Source: Cycas panzhihuaensis (lineage: Eukaryota; Plantae; Cycadophyta). Taken from it: a DNA stretch of 64,000 bases. The translations under genes and the position numbers were made by a program. Below are positions 1-12,324 of the stretch, in pieces. Numbering within the stretch: the stretch's first letter is position 1; each line of letters opens with the position of its first letter. The stretch lies in NCBI GenBank assembly GCA_023213395.1, contig CM041465.1, positions 126,983,741-127,047,740 on the forward strand, read 5' to 3'. The notes beneath the pieces were generated by a model. That model saw only the letters and a program-made list of their open reading frames with translations, had not been told where the DNA came from and ran no database searches.

Positions 1-365
1 CTTCATTTGAGCCTCTTACAAAGCAAACTAGTATGATACTTTTGTGGGAAACCCTCATGGGAAAAAAACCCACAAATTTTCTAATCTACTAACCTGGCTC
101 AGGCAGCTCTTTAAATGTAGCCAGATAGCCAATCAGTATAATAAATTTTGTAGCTAAAATCTACTGAGTCTCCATATACCATTTGGTCATCCCCCATGCC
201 CTTTCGGGTTTTCACAGGTTCCGATTTTCCAAAATGATACAACCCTTATCCTTTCGCGCCCACATGGGGTTTTCACGAATGGGATAGAGCAGAGACTTAC
301 TCTTGTCCTTCCGCGCCCACAAGGGGTTTTCACGAATGAGACAGAGTATGATGGCCCTATTATCA
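1..365 (-). repeat. 3' LTR (cut by window edge) of Copia element A
   Basis: On the - strand the RNase H stop (376-378) is followed by the purine tract GAAGGAGA (366-373) and then TGATAATA at 365, the canonical PPT-TG LTR start. Contains the GTGGGAAACCC...AAAAACCCAC motif (44-73). Confidence 0.8.
245..350. repeat. 57-bp tandem repeat (2 copies) inside the LTR
   Basis: cttatcctttcgcgcccacatggggttttcacgaatgggatagag (245) vs cttgtccttccgcgcccacaaggggttttcacgaatgagacagag (302). Confidence 0.85.
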
Positions 366-375
366 TCTCCTTCAA

Positions 376-3300
376 TCAGTCAGAGATGGAGGCCCTAAGG
401 CCGAGTTGCTTTCGGAACTGTTCAAACTTCACCCTCTTCAGTGGTTTGGTGAAGATATCGGCCACTTGATCTGCTGTGGGCAAGACTAATTGAATTGTGC
501 CATCATGAACTAGTTCTCTAACTCGTGGACTTTTGTACTTATATGTTTGGTACGATCATGAAATACGGGATTTTTAGCCATCCGTCCTGTAGATTGATTA
601 TCTACATGTAAGCTAGTAGAACTTGTTTGGGTGGCATTTAATGTATTCAACAATTTTCTGAGCCATATCACCTCCTTGCTTGTCTCGTAAAGAATGTACT
701 CACCTTCAGCTTGAGTCCGCAACTATCTTCGCCTTACGGATCTCCATGATATTGGTGCTGTTCCAAGAAATGTTACGCACCTGCACGTAGATCTTCCCGT
801 GTCTTTATCTCCGTGAAAGTCCGAGTCTGTATGCATAAAGTTTAAATTCGCATTGGGTTCATACAATGCACCATATTTGCTAGTCGTCTTTAGGTACCTC
901 AACACTCGTACAGCCTTGCCAATGATTACGCTTAGGATTTGTCATGAATCTTGCAAGAATCCCGAAGAGTGTGCAATATCGGCCTTGTGTTGGTAGTGTA
1001 GATGAGACTACCTACAAGTTGCACAGTAGAGTGTTGCGTCTGCCTCCCTATTGTCACCATCAAGAGAGCTTAATATTAGGCTCCATAGGTGTATCCAGTC
1101 GAGCACCTTCCAACTGAAACTTTGTCAGAAGATCGTTGATATATTTTTCTTGGGAGAGAAAGATTTTTCCATCCTTTTGAGTTACTTCAATTCCCAAGTA
1201 ATATTTCATCAACCCGAGGTCAGACAATTCAAAAGTTTTAGCAAGGTCCTTCTTCAGCTGGCTGATTACCTGTTCACTATTCCCTGTTATGAGCATGTCA
1301 TCCACAAAGATTAAGAGGTAAGTGACTTTATCATTTTGGCGCTTGATGAATAATGTTGCATCAATATCTTGATAGTCACAAACCTCATATCCAAGTTGCC
1401 TCATTCTTTCAGACAACTTGGTAAACCAAGCACGAGGGGCTTGCTTTAGGCCGTACGAGGACTTTTTGAGCCTACAAACTTTATGCTTCTGACCGTCAAT
1501 CTCGTATCCTTCTGGCTGAGCCATGTAAATTTCTTCTTTAAGGTCCCCATTGAGAAATGCGGTCTTAACATCGAGTTGGTGGATTTTCCAACCCTGTTGA
1601 GCAGCCAAGGCTATTAGAGTTCTGATTGTAGGCCACTTGGTTGTAGGAGCAAAGATTTCAATGTAGTCAATGCCTTCCCTTGCGTGAATCCTTTTGCTAC
1701 CAACCTCGCCTTGTGTTTTTCTAGGGTGCCATCTGATCTATACTTGTTTTTGAACACCCATTTATTTTGAACTACCTTTCTTCCAAGTGGTAGATCAACA
1801 AGCTCCCATGTCCCGTTCTTAATAAGAGATTGATACTCTTCGTTCATGGCATTTCTCCCAGCTGCATGCTTCTGACTTCTTGGTACGTTAGGGGCTCTTC
1901 ATTAAGAGCAAGATGCGATTCTGGTTCAAGCTCAACGGAAAGTGATTCATGCATCCTTGCTCTATGGGCACTTCTAGTGCCAGTTTTGCCTACCTCATCT
2001 GGTCGCATGTCCTTGTGTAGCTGGTAGGCTTCACGATAACCTCGAGTTGGGAATGATGTTTTCATTTCCACAACCTCTTGATCTTCGTTTTGATCCTGAA
2101 AAGGATCATGTGAAATATTTGGCACGGAGGAAGTTGACGATCTTTGGAGAAGATGGGCGACCACGGATGTTGGAGAAGATGATCCTTCGCTATGGCTTTG
2201 CCTTTGTCAACTTGGTCGCTTGCAAATGATGGTCTGGATGTGTACACATTGGATTGGAGTCACTGACTTGTATCCTCCGAGGCTCTATTGTCGATTCCAA
2301 GATTTTAAGCAACTGCTCAAAGATCTCCCCTAAATTTTGGAACTGGACATCAAATTCAAGAGCATCATTAAATCGGTATGAAGGCGTCTTGGAGTCAAGT
2401 CCGAGTAATTGATCTTCGCCTCGCAAAGATAACATCTCTAGTGATGATGATTTTGTGCTCAAGGTATAAAACCTTATATCCCTTTTTGTCCATAGGGTAT
2501 CCGACAAAGATGCCTTTGATGGCTCTATCTTGGAGCTTATTTCTATGTTCCCGCAAAATATGAGCATAACAAGTAGAGCCAAAAATTCAAGGCGAGATAG
2601 AGGGGTTTGTCCATACCACATTTCATGTGGAGAGGGCCGAGCTTGGAGGGACTAACGGTGTTGATGCAATACAGCAGATCCGGATAGCCTCAAAGATAGA
2701 TAGGGACATTCTTATATACCAAAGATAGCACGAGCCATATTCATGATGGTCCTGTTCATACGCCTAAGAACTCCATTTCTTTGGGGTGTACCGCAATAGT
2801 GGTCCGATGTTTGATTCCACGTTGACGTAGGTACGATTCAAACTCATTGGATGTGTACCGCCACCATTGTCGGTCCCGAGTATTTTGATCTTGAATCCGA
2901 TTCATTTTCCACGCGGGCCTTGAAAGCTTGAAACATAGAAAAGCTTCATCTTTCTTTGCAAGAAAAGCTACCCATACTTTCTTGGTAAAATCATCAATGA
3001 AAGTAATATAGTACCACTGCTTTGATAGAAGGGATGGGCATAGGACCGCATATATCTGAGTGTACAAGCTGCAAAGGTTGGGTAGATTTCCACTGACTAC
3101 GAGGAAAGGGTTGTCTTTGAGATTTAGCAATAATACATGCTTCACATTTAAAGGGCTTGAGGGGAACTTAGGCAAACCAGAAGAGTGTCTTGTAGTTCTC
3201 TTAAACGATCAATTTTGATATGGCCCATACGAGCATGCCATAGAGTCGCTTGGGACAACTTTGAGGAGTCGGGGTTGTGGTAAAAACAAATTCATCATCA

Positions 3301-4847
3301 ACATAGTTGACTTCAGAGGATGGTAAGCCAGTTAGGCGAAAAAGTTTACCATCAAGAATTCTGGTCATAACCACAAAGATTTGAAGGAGGGTGAATGACA
3401 CGTAGAGTTTGATTGTTTGCGCTACACTCGATCAAATCCACGAGAGACAAGGGTGGACAGGGAGAGCAGATTCTCGCCAGTGAGGTGAATATATAAAACA
3501 TCAACAAGTGTAAAACTGGAAGGCCCGGGAGTTTCGTGCAAACTGCTCCAAGTCCTTCGACTAGCTGAGATGATTTGTCAGCCATGTATATAACACCACG
3601 AACTTCAGAGTCAAAATCTTGAAAGAATCGATGACAAGTCATGTGTTGTGTTGCTCCAAAGATCCATGATCCACGATGAAGTATTTGAGGTAGCACTATT
3701 TGCAACTCCAAGTGGTGAAGGCAAAAGTGAATAAGCATAGCCACAATGAGCCTCAATATACTTAGTGGATCTATCAACAACATTTGATGAAGTGGTCCCA
3801 ATTCTTTGAAGGTGTGCATGAGCAAATTATGCTCCACCAAAAGCATCTTCAAAAGAAGTATTATCAACATTATGTGCACCATGGCGTTGATAACTTGGTA
3901 GTTTGTTGGTGGAAGTTCGCAATTTTGGCATAATGTCCTCTTCTATTACACCTTTGGCACACGATTGTTTGATTTCCACCAAGTATTAGGCCGGATTGTC
4001 TCTCGACATCGGATCTAGGTCCGTGTTGATTATTTTGCCCTTGGCCTTGAGACTGCTTTTTGTTGGAATTGAGGAGCTCGTTGACTAACAGACGTTGTCC
4101 TTGTTGTCTACCTCTTCCTCTTCCTGAATTACCACCTACGAGAGTATTGACCTTGATTTTGGTGTAACAAAGATCTTCTTCCACTTCAAAAGCAAAGATC
4201 AATTGGATCCGATGTAGTGGCAAAGTTGGTATCAAAGGTCTTATCAAATTCAATGAACTTATCGTGAAGATCCTCAAAGTTTAGGGTCTTTAAAGTTCCA
4301 ATCGATTGAAGACTCCCCAAATGATTTTTATAACTGGGATATGGAGACATGATGAATCAAGAAAGCCCATGTAATGCATAGAGTTTTAAAATCTTTATCA
4401 ATGGCTTGCTTGATTGGACGAAGGAGATTGATTGTTTCACTTGCATGTCCTTTTCGCATTTTCAATTTGTTCATCTTCAAAGACTAAGTGAACAAATTCT
4501 AAGTCCGATTTAGTGTCAAAGTTCTTCTTAAGAACTTCAAGAACTTTCCATGTCAGTATCATGTACACTTCATCAATGAGATTATGTAGGAATAATCATG
4601 ACAAGCAAGATCCCCGCACGGATTTTATCATCATCAAGTTCCCATTGGCTTAGCTACGCCTTGATGGGAGCTTGGAGCACCTCCTCAAGCGATTGTGGTA
4701 GTCAGAATGCAATGGTGGTGTAGGTTGTAAGTGATCTCTCCATAGACCTTCATACTTTGCAAAGATTTCGACACGATGAACCACATGTCCCAATTTTCTT
4801 TCCCTTTTAGAATGCGTTCACATTTTGCTTGAACTGCGTGAAGACAT
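376..4847 (-). mobile_element. Ty1/Copia gag-pol (element A), frameshifted
   Basis: Copia domain order. Gag start ATG at 4847; zinc knuckle CQRCNRRGH; protease WIFGATQHM; integrase YYITFIDDFTKKVWV; RT HQLDVKTAFLNG, YGLKQAPRAW, FVDDML; RNase H HDRTKHI, ADIFTKPL. Confidence 0.95.
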
Positions 4848-5007
4848 TGTGTCTTTTAGAAGGGAAGAAATGAACAAGGACTATAAAAGTGATGGCAATA
4901 AATGACCGATCACTATTTACAAATGGGAAATGTAATGAAGTAGTGTAGAAGAAGGAAGAAGAAGTGAGAATGGTTGCTCAAAGATGAAGGGAGCAACTTA
5001 GAGAAAA

Positions 5008-5133
5008 GTCACCAACACTTGTGACAAATATTAACCTGACGTAGCAGGAATATGAGAAGCACTATAATAAAAATTGGCCACTAACACTTGTGGCAAATAT
5101 TAACCAGCGCAACAGGAATATGAGAAGCACTAT
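5008..5133. repeat. 69-bp tandem repeat in the leader of element A
   Basis: gtcaccaacacttgtgacaaatattaacc...aggaatatgagaagcactat (5008) vs gccactaacacttgtggcaaatattaacc...aggaatatgagaagcactat (5077). Confidence 0.9.
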
Positions 5134-6026
5134 GATTGTGATTACACTATGGATCACTTTTTACAAATAAGTAAGTGATCAATATACAAGATTGTAGGCC
5201 AATGTAGAAGTTGACATCATTGGGTTTACACAACTTGAAACTCGAATGTAGGATGCGTAATCAACCCAATAACCTCTAACTTGTGTCCAACGTGTAGTTG
5301 AGGTTGTCGAAGGGATGCCTAGGCTTCTAGTAGAATTAATTTGGCCTTCACCCGCGATACCCGCAATCGTGCTTGGTGATGAAATCCAAGTCACAACGGA
5401 GCCTGTGTACTCCCAATCCTCACCTGATTCACCAATGAGCACTATATACCTCCTCTAAAGAGTGGTACGTGCATACCCATGGCTATGACGGATATTGGAT
5501 CGGGTATATTTTAATCTTGTATTAAAGTTTCAGTTTTCCCGGTTGGTTATCAGGATGATCCCCGATTGAGGCACGATGGTATGGCTAACCAAACCTCACC
5601 AATATTCCGGTTTAGTCCAGTCCCAACTTGAAACCCACACCTCCTTTATGGCACTAAGATTACGCCAACCAAGGTATCTCAACCTTGGCGAGTGTGTGAA
5701 CAGGTACAAGATGGCGGAAAAATAGCGACGTGATGCTTCGTTTAGGAAGAGTGAAAAGATTATCGAATTGCATCAAACGTACATTTAACTGAAAATAATG
5801 CTTGCTTGGAGTGCTTTTGGAGTGCTTGCTTGAAGTGTCTTTGGTGTGTTTGCTTTGAGTGATTTTAGAGTGCTGAAATGCAATGCTAATAAGTGAGTGA
5901 GGACACCAGATATTGATCTGATCCAGATGTTTTTTCTCACTTTTACAATGGGCTTTTAAGCCTTATAAAAAGGAAGAAATTTTCTTCATTTTTTTTTTGT
6001 TTTTGTTAATACAAAAAAAAGTACTC

Positions 6027-6380
6027 TTCACTAAATCTGCAATAACTTTCTCCCACGATGTCGAAATGGAGTGCCGGTTTTTGTGCTGAAAACTAGACTC
6101 AGAGCTTCATCTTCAGGAAGTGGAATCAGGTCCAAATGAGTTCTGGAAAGTTTTTGACAGCCCCGCAAAGTTAGGAATTGTCAGAATTCTTACTAAAAAT
6201 AACTGCTGTTCACTAAAACAGCAATAACTTCCTCATACGACATCCAAATTAGGTGCCGATTTTTGCACTGGAAAGTAGACTCATAGCCCCATCTTTGACA
6301 GTTGGAATCACTTCAATTGGATCTCTGTAGACGATTTTGTAGACCTGTGAAGTTCAGTAATCAAATTGCATTTCTGCAGA
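6027..6380. repeat. ~182-bp tandem repeat (2 copies) in the leader of element A
   Basis: ttcactaaa..gcaataactt..acga....gtgccg.tttt..g...aaa.tagactca.agc..catctt starts at 6027 and again at 6209. Confidence 0.85.
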
Positions 6381-6859
6381 AATTTCAGTTTGCTAATATC
6401 TCATTAACACATGATACCATATGAAATTTCCATCATTTTTTGATCACCAGGATCCCAATATGGGCAAGGTGAGAGCATACAATGATAGATATTTTCAATG
6501 GCTCAAAATTCTTTAAAAAAATGGGTAAAAAACTCCCTTACAATCATTCTTCTAAATCTCGGAAAATTTTCAACAAAGATTTCCCTTGTTAAATGGACAA
6601 AAAAGGGAAAAGAAAGAGAAGAATGAGATAGCATGCATGGCCAGCAAAGGATTGGAATCCTTGGGCCTTACAACTCCTTGTATTTTGCTTCCAAACCTGC
6701 AAAAGAGAAAGGAAAAGCAAACAATACAAAATATACTATCATAATAACTTGAAAATGTTTCTAAATTCACTTTCACAATCTCCTTCACCACATGGATTGT
6801 GGGGGAGAAGGAAGTGATGGCTCCATTGCAAGTGCAAGTGGGGAATATGAAGGAAGCAA

Positions 6860-6871
6860 GCTCTGATACCA
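6860..6871 (-). promoter_or_regulatory. Primer-binding site (tRNA-iMet)
   Basis: gctctgatacca reads TGGTATCAGAGC on the - strand, 2 nt from the LTR end at 6874. Confidence 0.9.
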
Positions 6872-6873
6872 CA

Positions 6874-7164
6874 TGAAAAGAGTGGATCTATCCTTCATCT
6901 CCATGCACTAAACACAAAGGCAAACATGGGAGCAAGAGAGACTTGAGAGAAAGAAAGTAGCTCTCACAAAATGGGGCGGTAAAGAATGAATCTCCTCCAT
7001 TGAGCTTTACTTTTATATTGAGAGAGGGAGCATTTGAGGTAGGTGAAATGAAATTACACATAATGCACATGAAAGTGCATTTCACTTAAGTGATCTAATT
7101 TAAAGTTCACTTAAGACCCTTTTTCGAAATAATCAACTAATGTAATGACCTTATGTCATTAACC
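6874..7164 (-). repeat. 5' LTR (~290 bp) adjoining the PBS and abutting Copia B1
   Basis: Begins TGAAAAG next to the PBS and ends taatgaccttatgtcattaac, like the related LTR at 53555-53850 (taatgaccttaatgcattaaca). Confidence 0.7.
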
Positions 7165-10100
7165 CTTTTCATCCCATAGTTTGTAGGTTTTATTCTTAGT
7201 GCAATTCCCCATGAATATGCACTTCAGATTCCTATAATCCATCTTCTTATAGGTATCATATAGGATGGGGGCATATGTAATACACCCAAAAGTTCTCAAA
7301 TGGATAATGATAGGTTTTTCACTGGTCCATTTTTCTTCAAGGATCATATTACAGACTACTTAAGTGGGTACTCAATTCAAAATATAAATAGCAATTACCA
7401 TATCTTCTACCCAAAACTTTAGTGGCAGGTTTTTAGCATGCACCATACACCTCACCACCTCCATCATGGTATGATTTTTCCTTTTAGCAACTTCATTTTA
7501 TTATGGGATGTATGAGACCATAAATTCTTACTTTATACCATGATCATAGTAAAATTGATTAAACACATGGTTATCGTATTCCTTACTATTATCACTTCTT
7601 AAAGACTTTATCTTCTTATCACATTTATTTTCCACCATCGCTTTACAATCACAAAAGAAATCAAATACATATGGCTTATTGTTGAGAAAGTAGACCTAGG
7701 CCTTCCTAGTGTAATAATATACAAACATAAAGGTATACCAGGCTCTTGATATTAAAGGGTTAGAGAGTAATCCTATTATATCTGAGTGTACAAGCTTTAA
7801 CTTCTCCTTAGCTCTCTAGGCATTATGCTAAGCAAAAGGGTAGCAGTGATGCTTGCCATATATGCACCCTTCACAAACACCATTTGAGCAAGAAACTGAC
7901 AATAATTCTTCTATCATCTTCAACCTCTTTAACAGTGCAATACTCCTATAATTAAGATGTCTAAGGCGATTGTGCCACATTTTACTCACTTCATCCATAC
8001 TAGAAATAAAGACATAGGACTTCTTCTAAGATTAAAATTTTTCAAATACCCAGAAGTTATCCCTAACTTTCCTAGTAGCAATGACAATAAAGTTCTACTT
8101 TAGATCCTTAATCAGGCATTTATCATCATAGAGCTCCACCTTCATGCCTTGTTTGTAGATCTCCCATACTGACAAAAGGTTCAACTACATCTTGGGTACA
8201 TAGTATACCCCAATAAAATTACCTCCTGTAATGGATACTTTGTCGATACCTTCCACAAGTAAGATACAAGTATCTCTAAGGATAATTTTAGCACCACTCT
8301 AATTTTCAGTCATCTTATCAAAGTTTTGCCTCTGTTAAGAGATATACTTCTACACTCTAGATTCAAGCACTCAATAATCTTGCTAATCAAATTCATCTAA
8401 TAAGGTTTGTGCTCTAATATAATGAGCAACAATGCTCTTTCCTTTATCATCTTGGTTAACTTTACACTTATTATGGTGCTTGAACTAATAGTTCTTCTTG
8501 TGATGACCATCATTCTTATAGTAGTTACATTATCTGTTGAACTTCTTATCTTGTGAACTTTCTCTTAGCCTTTGTGTGATCTTCCCCTCCTTAGCAGCCT
8601 CCTTCCTTTGAGTTTTCATGGCTAGGGCCTAACTTGAATCAGAACCTCCAAGTATTTAGTGATGTTTAAGCTTGGCATCCTCCACTAGAATTAGGTTTTT
8701 AATCCCATTAAATGTTTCTGCTTCCATCACTTCGTCTCTACCATAAATGGTCTGAAAAGTGGAGAACACGACTGACAACTTCGACATGATTATTGCGAAT
8801 AGCAATGCATCATCGATTGAGTTTTGTTTCAGTTCTTCTAGCTTGTCTTTCAAGTCTGCTATTTTATTAAGGTAAGAGCTGATATTGTTCTCATCTTCCA
8901 CATGCGAATTGAGCAACTCCAACATTAGGGTAAGATGTCTATTCATCTTTTTCTTCTCAAACGTATCACATAATTTTATCCATATTTCATTTGGTTCGTC
9001 TAGATTGTGAATCAAAGCTCTCTAGTATGATGCTAGTGATAGTTTCAACAGTCCTATGGCCATAAATTTCATCTCTTCAAGATGAACACACTCTTTATAG
9101 TCTAGTGGAATCATGCCCACCTTCGCCTTAGTGATACCCCATAACTGATTCACCATCAGAATGAGCTCCATATTAGCCTTCCACTTGCTGAAATTATTAT
9201 TGTTGAAGATGACCTTAGGTATAATACGCTCCATCTCAAGAAATGGGCTTCGATATGAATTAGATGACAGTAAAAATAAACGTATTTAGGACAAAAATGC
9301 ACCCCTATGTCCTCCCCTAGCTTAAGGGCACACTCCAGAGGACACTAAACATCGACTATTCATGCGTTAACCAAGTCATTGACTATTATCCCTCATAAAT
9401 GATGCATAAAACACCCTTAAACAAGTTAAAAAATGACCCTTAAGGCACTTAAAATAGTGCTCCAAGTACAAAGGATGGCTTTATAAGGTAGTAATGCATG
9501 GTCTCCAAGTCAAAACCTCATAAATTCTCCTCAATCAATGCTTAAAACATCTCAAGGATGCTCCAAATACAATATACTATGTAATATTTTTATAGATCAA
9601 TGGTATAATGATCATTTTTATAATCTTTCATTGAGGGGAATATGCCAAAAGGTATATTCCTAAAAAGTATGACTTTTAATAAACCCTATGCCTTTTAATC
9701 TTAGACCCATATGCTTCAAATTAAATGAAAATAAGATTTAATCTTTCCAAAGTCTAAACTTTGGATAAAAGATAAATCAACATGATATATTAGATGTCAA
9801 TAGGATTTGCAGTAGCGAGACATGAAGTGAGATAGCCAGGAATAAGTGCCTCGTAGATGGACGAGTGGGCATTAGATGCAGGTCTCCTTATACTCGAATA
9901 GCTTGTAAGTAGCCTGAATAGGGATAAACATGATCTAAAGTGCCTTATCTACTGCAAACAAATGCCCAACCAACATAAACCAATGCTCAACTAGTGAGAA
10001 ACGAACCCAACCATAATATAGAGTACTCGCCCAACTTTCATACAGTTATATCAATCTTAACTTATGTACACACCTCTCTAAAATAGTGCATAATCAGCCC

Positions 10101-11041
10101 AACTATCTCTCAACTTACAGATATGGGCTTTACAAGTGCATATAGAGGAGATATAAGGCCACACTTCCTAATTACAAAGCACTACAACTAAAAGAATATA
10201 GCAAATAATACTTTATACTGTTATATATACGATAGAATCCTAATATAGAGGGCTAAAAACATTCAAAATTAACTTGAATCTCTCCCTTATATGGACTAGA
10301 TATAGGTACATCTAGAAAAAACCTCCTCTTTTTTAAAATTTTATAGTGCTTTGGATTGGTAAATAACTAACTTACTTGTATACATAGATGGCTATCTTTA
10401 TAATCACTAAATCACCATCAGTGCATGCTTTATTGGCTTGAATCTCCATAATAGATCATCAACCAACTTTAGATGGCCCCCAATGAGCCAACTCCAACCA
10501 TAAATATGGCCTTCACACTTGAATATTGACTCCAATAAACCCTTATGCTCCATTGAATAATGATTTTTATTGCTTCAACTAGCACTGATGTACTGTGCAT
10601 GCTTCTATACATTGTTAGAGTTGATGGACCCTTAAGACAAGTCTTGGGTTTGATGGCTTCACCTAGCAACCAATGATCTCATCACTCTATTCGAGAATAT
10701 GAAATTATATACAAACATTCTTATCCATATAATCTTTACCCATACACAACAAGCAAACAAAAGTACACAGAAAATAGATGCATAGTACATAGGATTTACA
10801 TGGGAAAACCCTTTTAAGAAAACACCCACCATAAAAGGATCCTTGATGGATCACATTGATTATTACATAATGGTTTGATACATCGAATACACAAGGGCTT
10901 AAGGGTTTTATACTATTCCAAGAGGTGTCACTTGATTATGGTTGTGACCCTTTGAATAAGTCACACATTTTCACTTAATCATCTTAGTTAAACTACATTA
11001 ACATTAATATAGTGGATTAACAATTAACTGCCATATTAACA
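7165..11041 (-). mobile_element. Ty1/Copia element B copy 1 (5' LTR, leader, gag, protease, partial integrase), decayed and interrupted
   Basis: Gag MERIIPKVIFNNNNFSKWKANM (9234); integrase HLRTFGCITY. LTR ~10690-11041 followed by CTATT. Colinear with 57955-61895. Confidence 0.9.
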
Positions 11042-12324
11042 CTATTAATATGCTATATGGATTTAATATTATAATGCAACTTTACACTAGTCATGCTACA
11101 AAAAATATCTATACAGACTTTATAATTTTTTGTGCCCTTTATTTTTCTTTTTGTTGAAGATTATTACATTCATAGATTTATGTAAAATCTTTCATAAAAT
11201 ATTTATGTTTTTTATCCTTTTAACCTTTGTATCTCAACAAGGGGTTATATCAAAATCATACTTATGCAATACAAATATGCGTAGATGCTTATATAGGTCT
11301 TACATAGCCATTTGCTATAGTATCATTCTTCACAATCAATTTCTCTACTGCAACATTACCCTTCCCAATAGATTTTATGGTTTTCATAGGTCTTCCAACA
11401 TTTAGGACTATGTTGTTTATCAAAGTTGCAAAGAAACCCACCATCATTTAGTTTGTGTAAGAAATTGAGAACCATATCTATCTATTTATATTAGATGAAA
11501 CTCTAATTTGATTATGTGTGATTAGAGGTCTAATTATTTCTGTCTATGCTTTATGGGCCTCATATCTAAGTTGATACAAATAGGCACTTGGTCATCATCC
11601 TAAGAAAATCCATTACAGGTCATATTAAAAAGAAAAATAACCAGGGGTCCCTTTTTAAAGAGGCAAATTTATTTTTCAAAGAGATTGTTTCAAAATAAAT
11701 GTATGTTTTTGTTTCAATAGTGATATCAATCACTAGCGAGACATATTTTCAATTCTTCCAACTCTAAATTATTCCATACTTCCACCTGCATGAAATAAGT
11801 GGTCATACAACTATGTTTGGTCTTTATTTGACACATTTTTAAGGACTAAAATTTGATGAAAAGTTTATTTATGGTTCATATACTAAAAGGCTCTTTATCC
11901 ATTTTGACCTCCTTACACTTTTTAATGCATAACTTGGTCATTTGAAGTCAAAATTAAGTGTTGTTTAAGGTGTTGCATTCATATTACAATCCTCTATTGA
12001 GTGGATAATATTTTAAATTTTTTTGAAGCCATTTACTATAATATTTTTATGATCAAAATTAATGCTAGTTTTAGGCTTCCTACGAGATGACTCTTGAATA
12101 AATCTAGCAAAGTTTCATCTTATAACCTTTATTAATATAAAAACCTTATTTTGGAGGAGCTTGACTCCCAATTGAGACACTTGTGCTTGTATAAAAGTTA
12201 AAGTGAGACAAGTCTTGCTTGTGTTTTTAGTGCTTTTATTACCTTGTTTAAGTGCTTCTTAATATTTCTTTTCAAGTACTTTATTTCTATCAAGTAGTTT
12301 ATTTTGAAGGTAAATTTTCTCATT

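Noticed and set aside
5179-5442. 87-aa ORF within the conserved leader block
   Set aside because: The homolog at 51773-52000 has frame-breaking indels and no protein motif is recognisable.
6412-6419. tgatacca as an alternative PBS for Copia A
   Set aside because: Only an 8-nt match. The following sequence does not match the 3' LTR, and the part near 6780-6870 aligns with the related leader at ~53460-53552.
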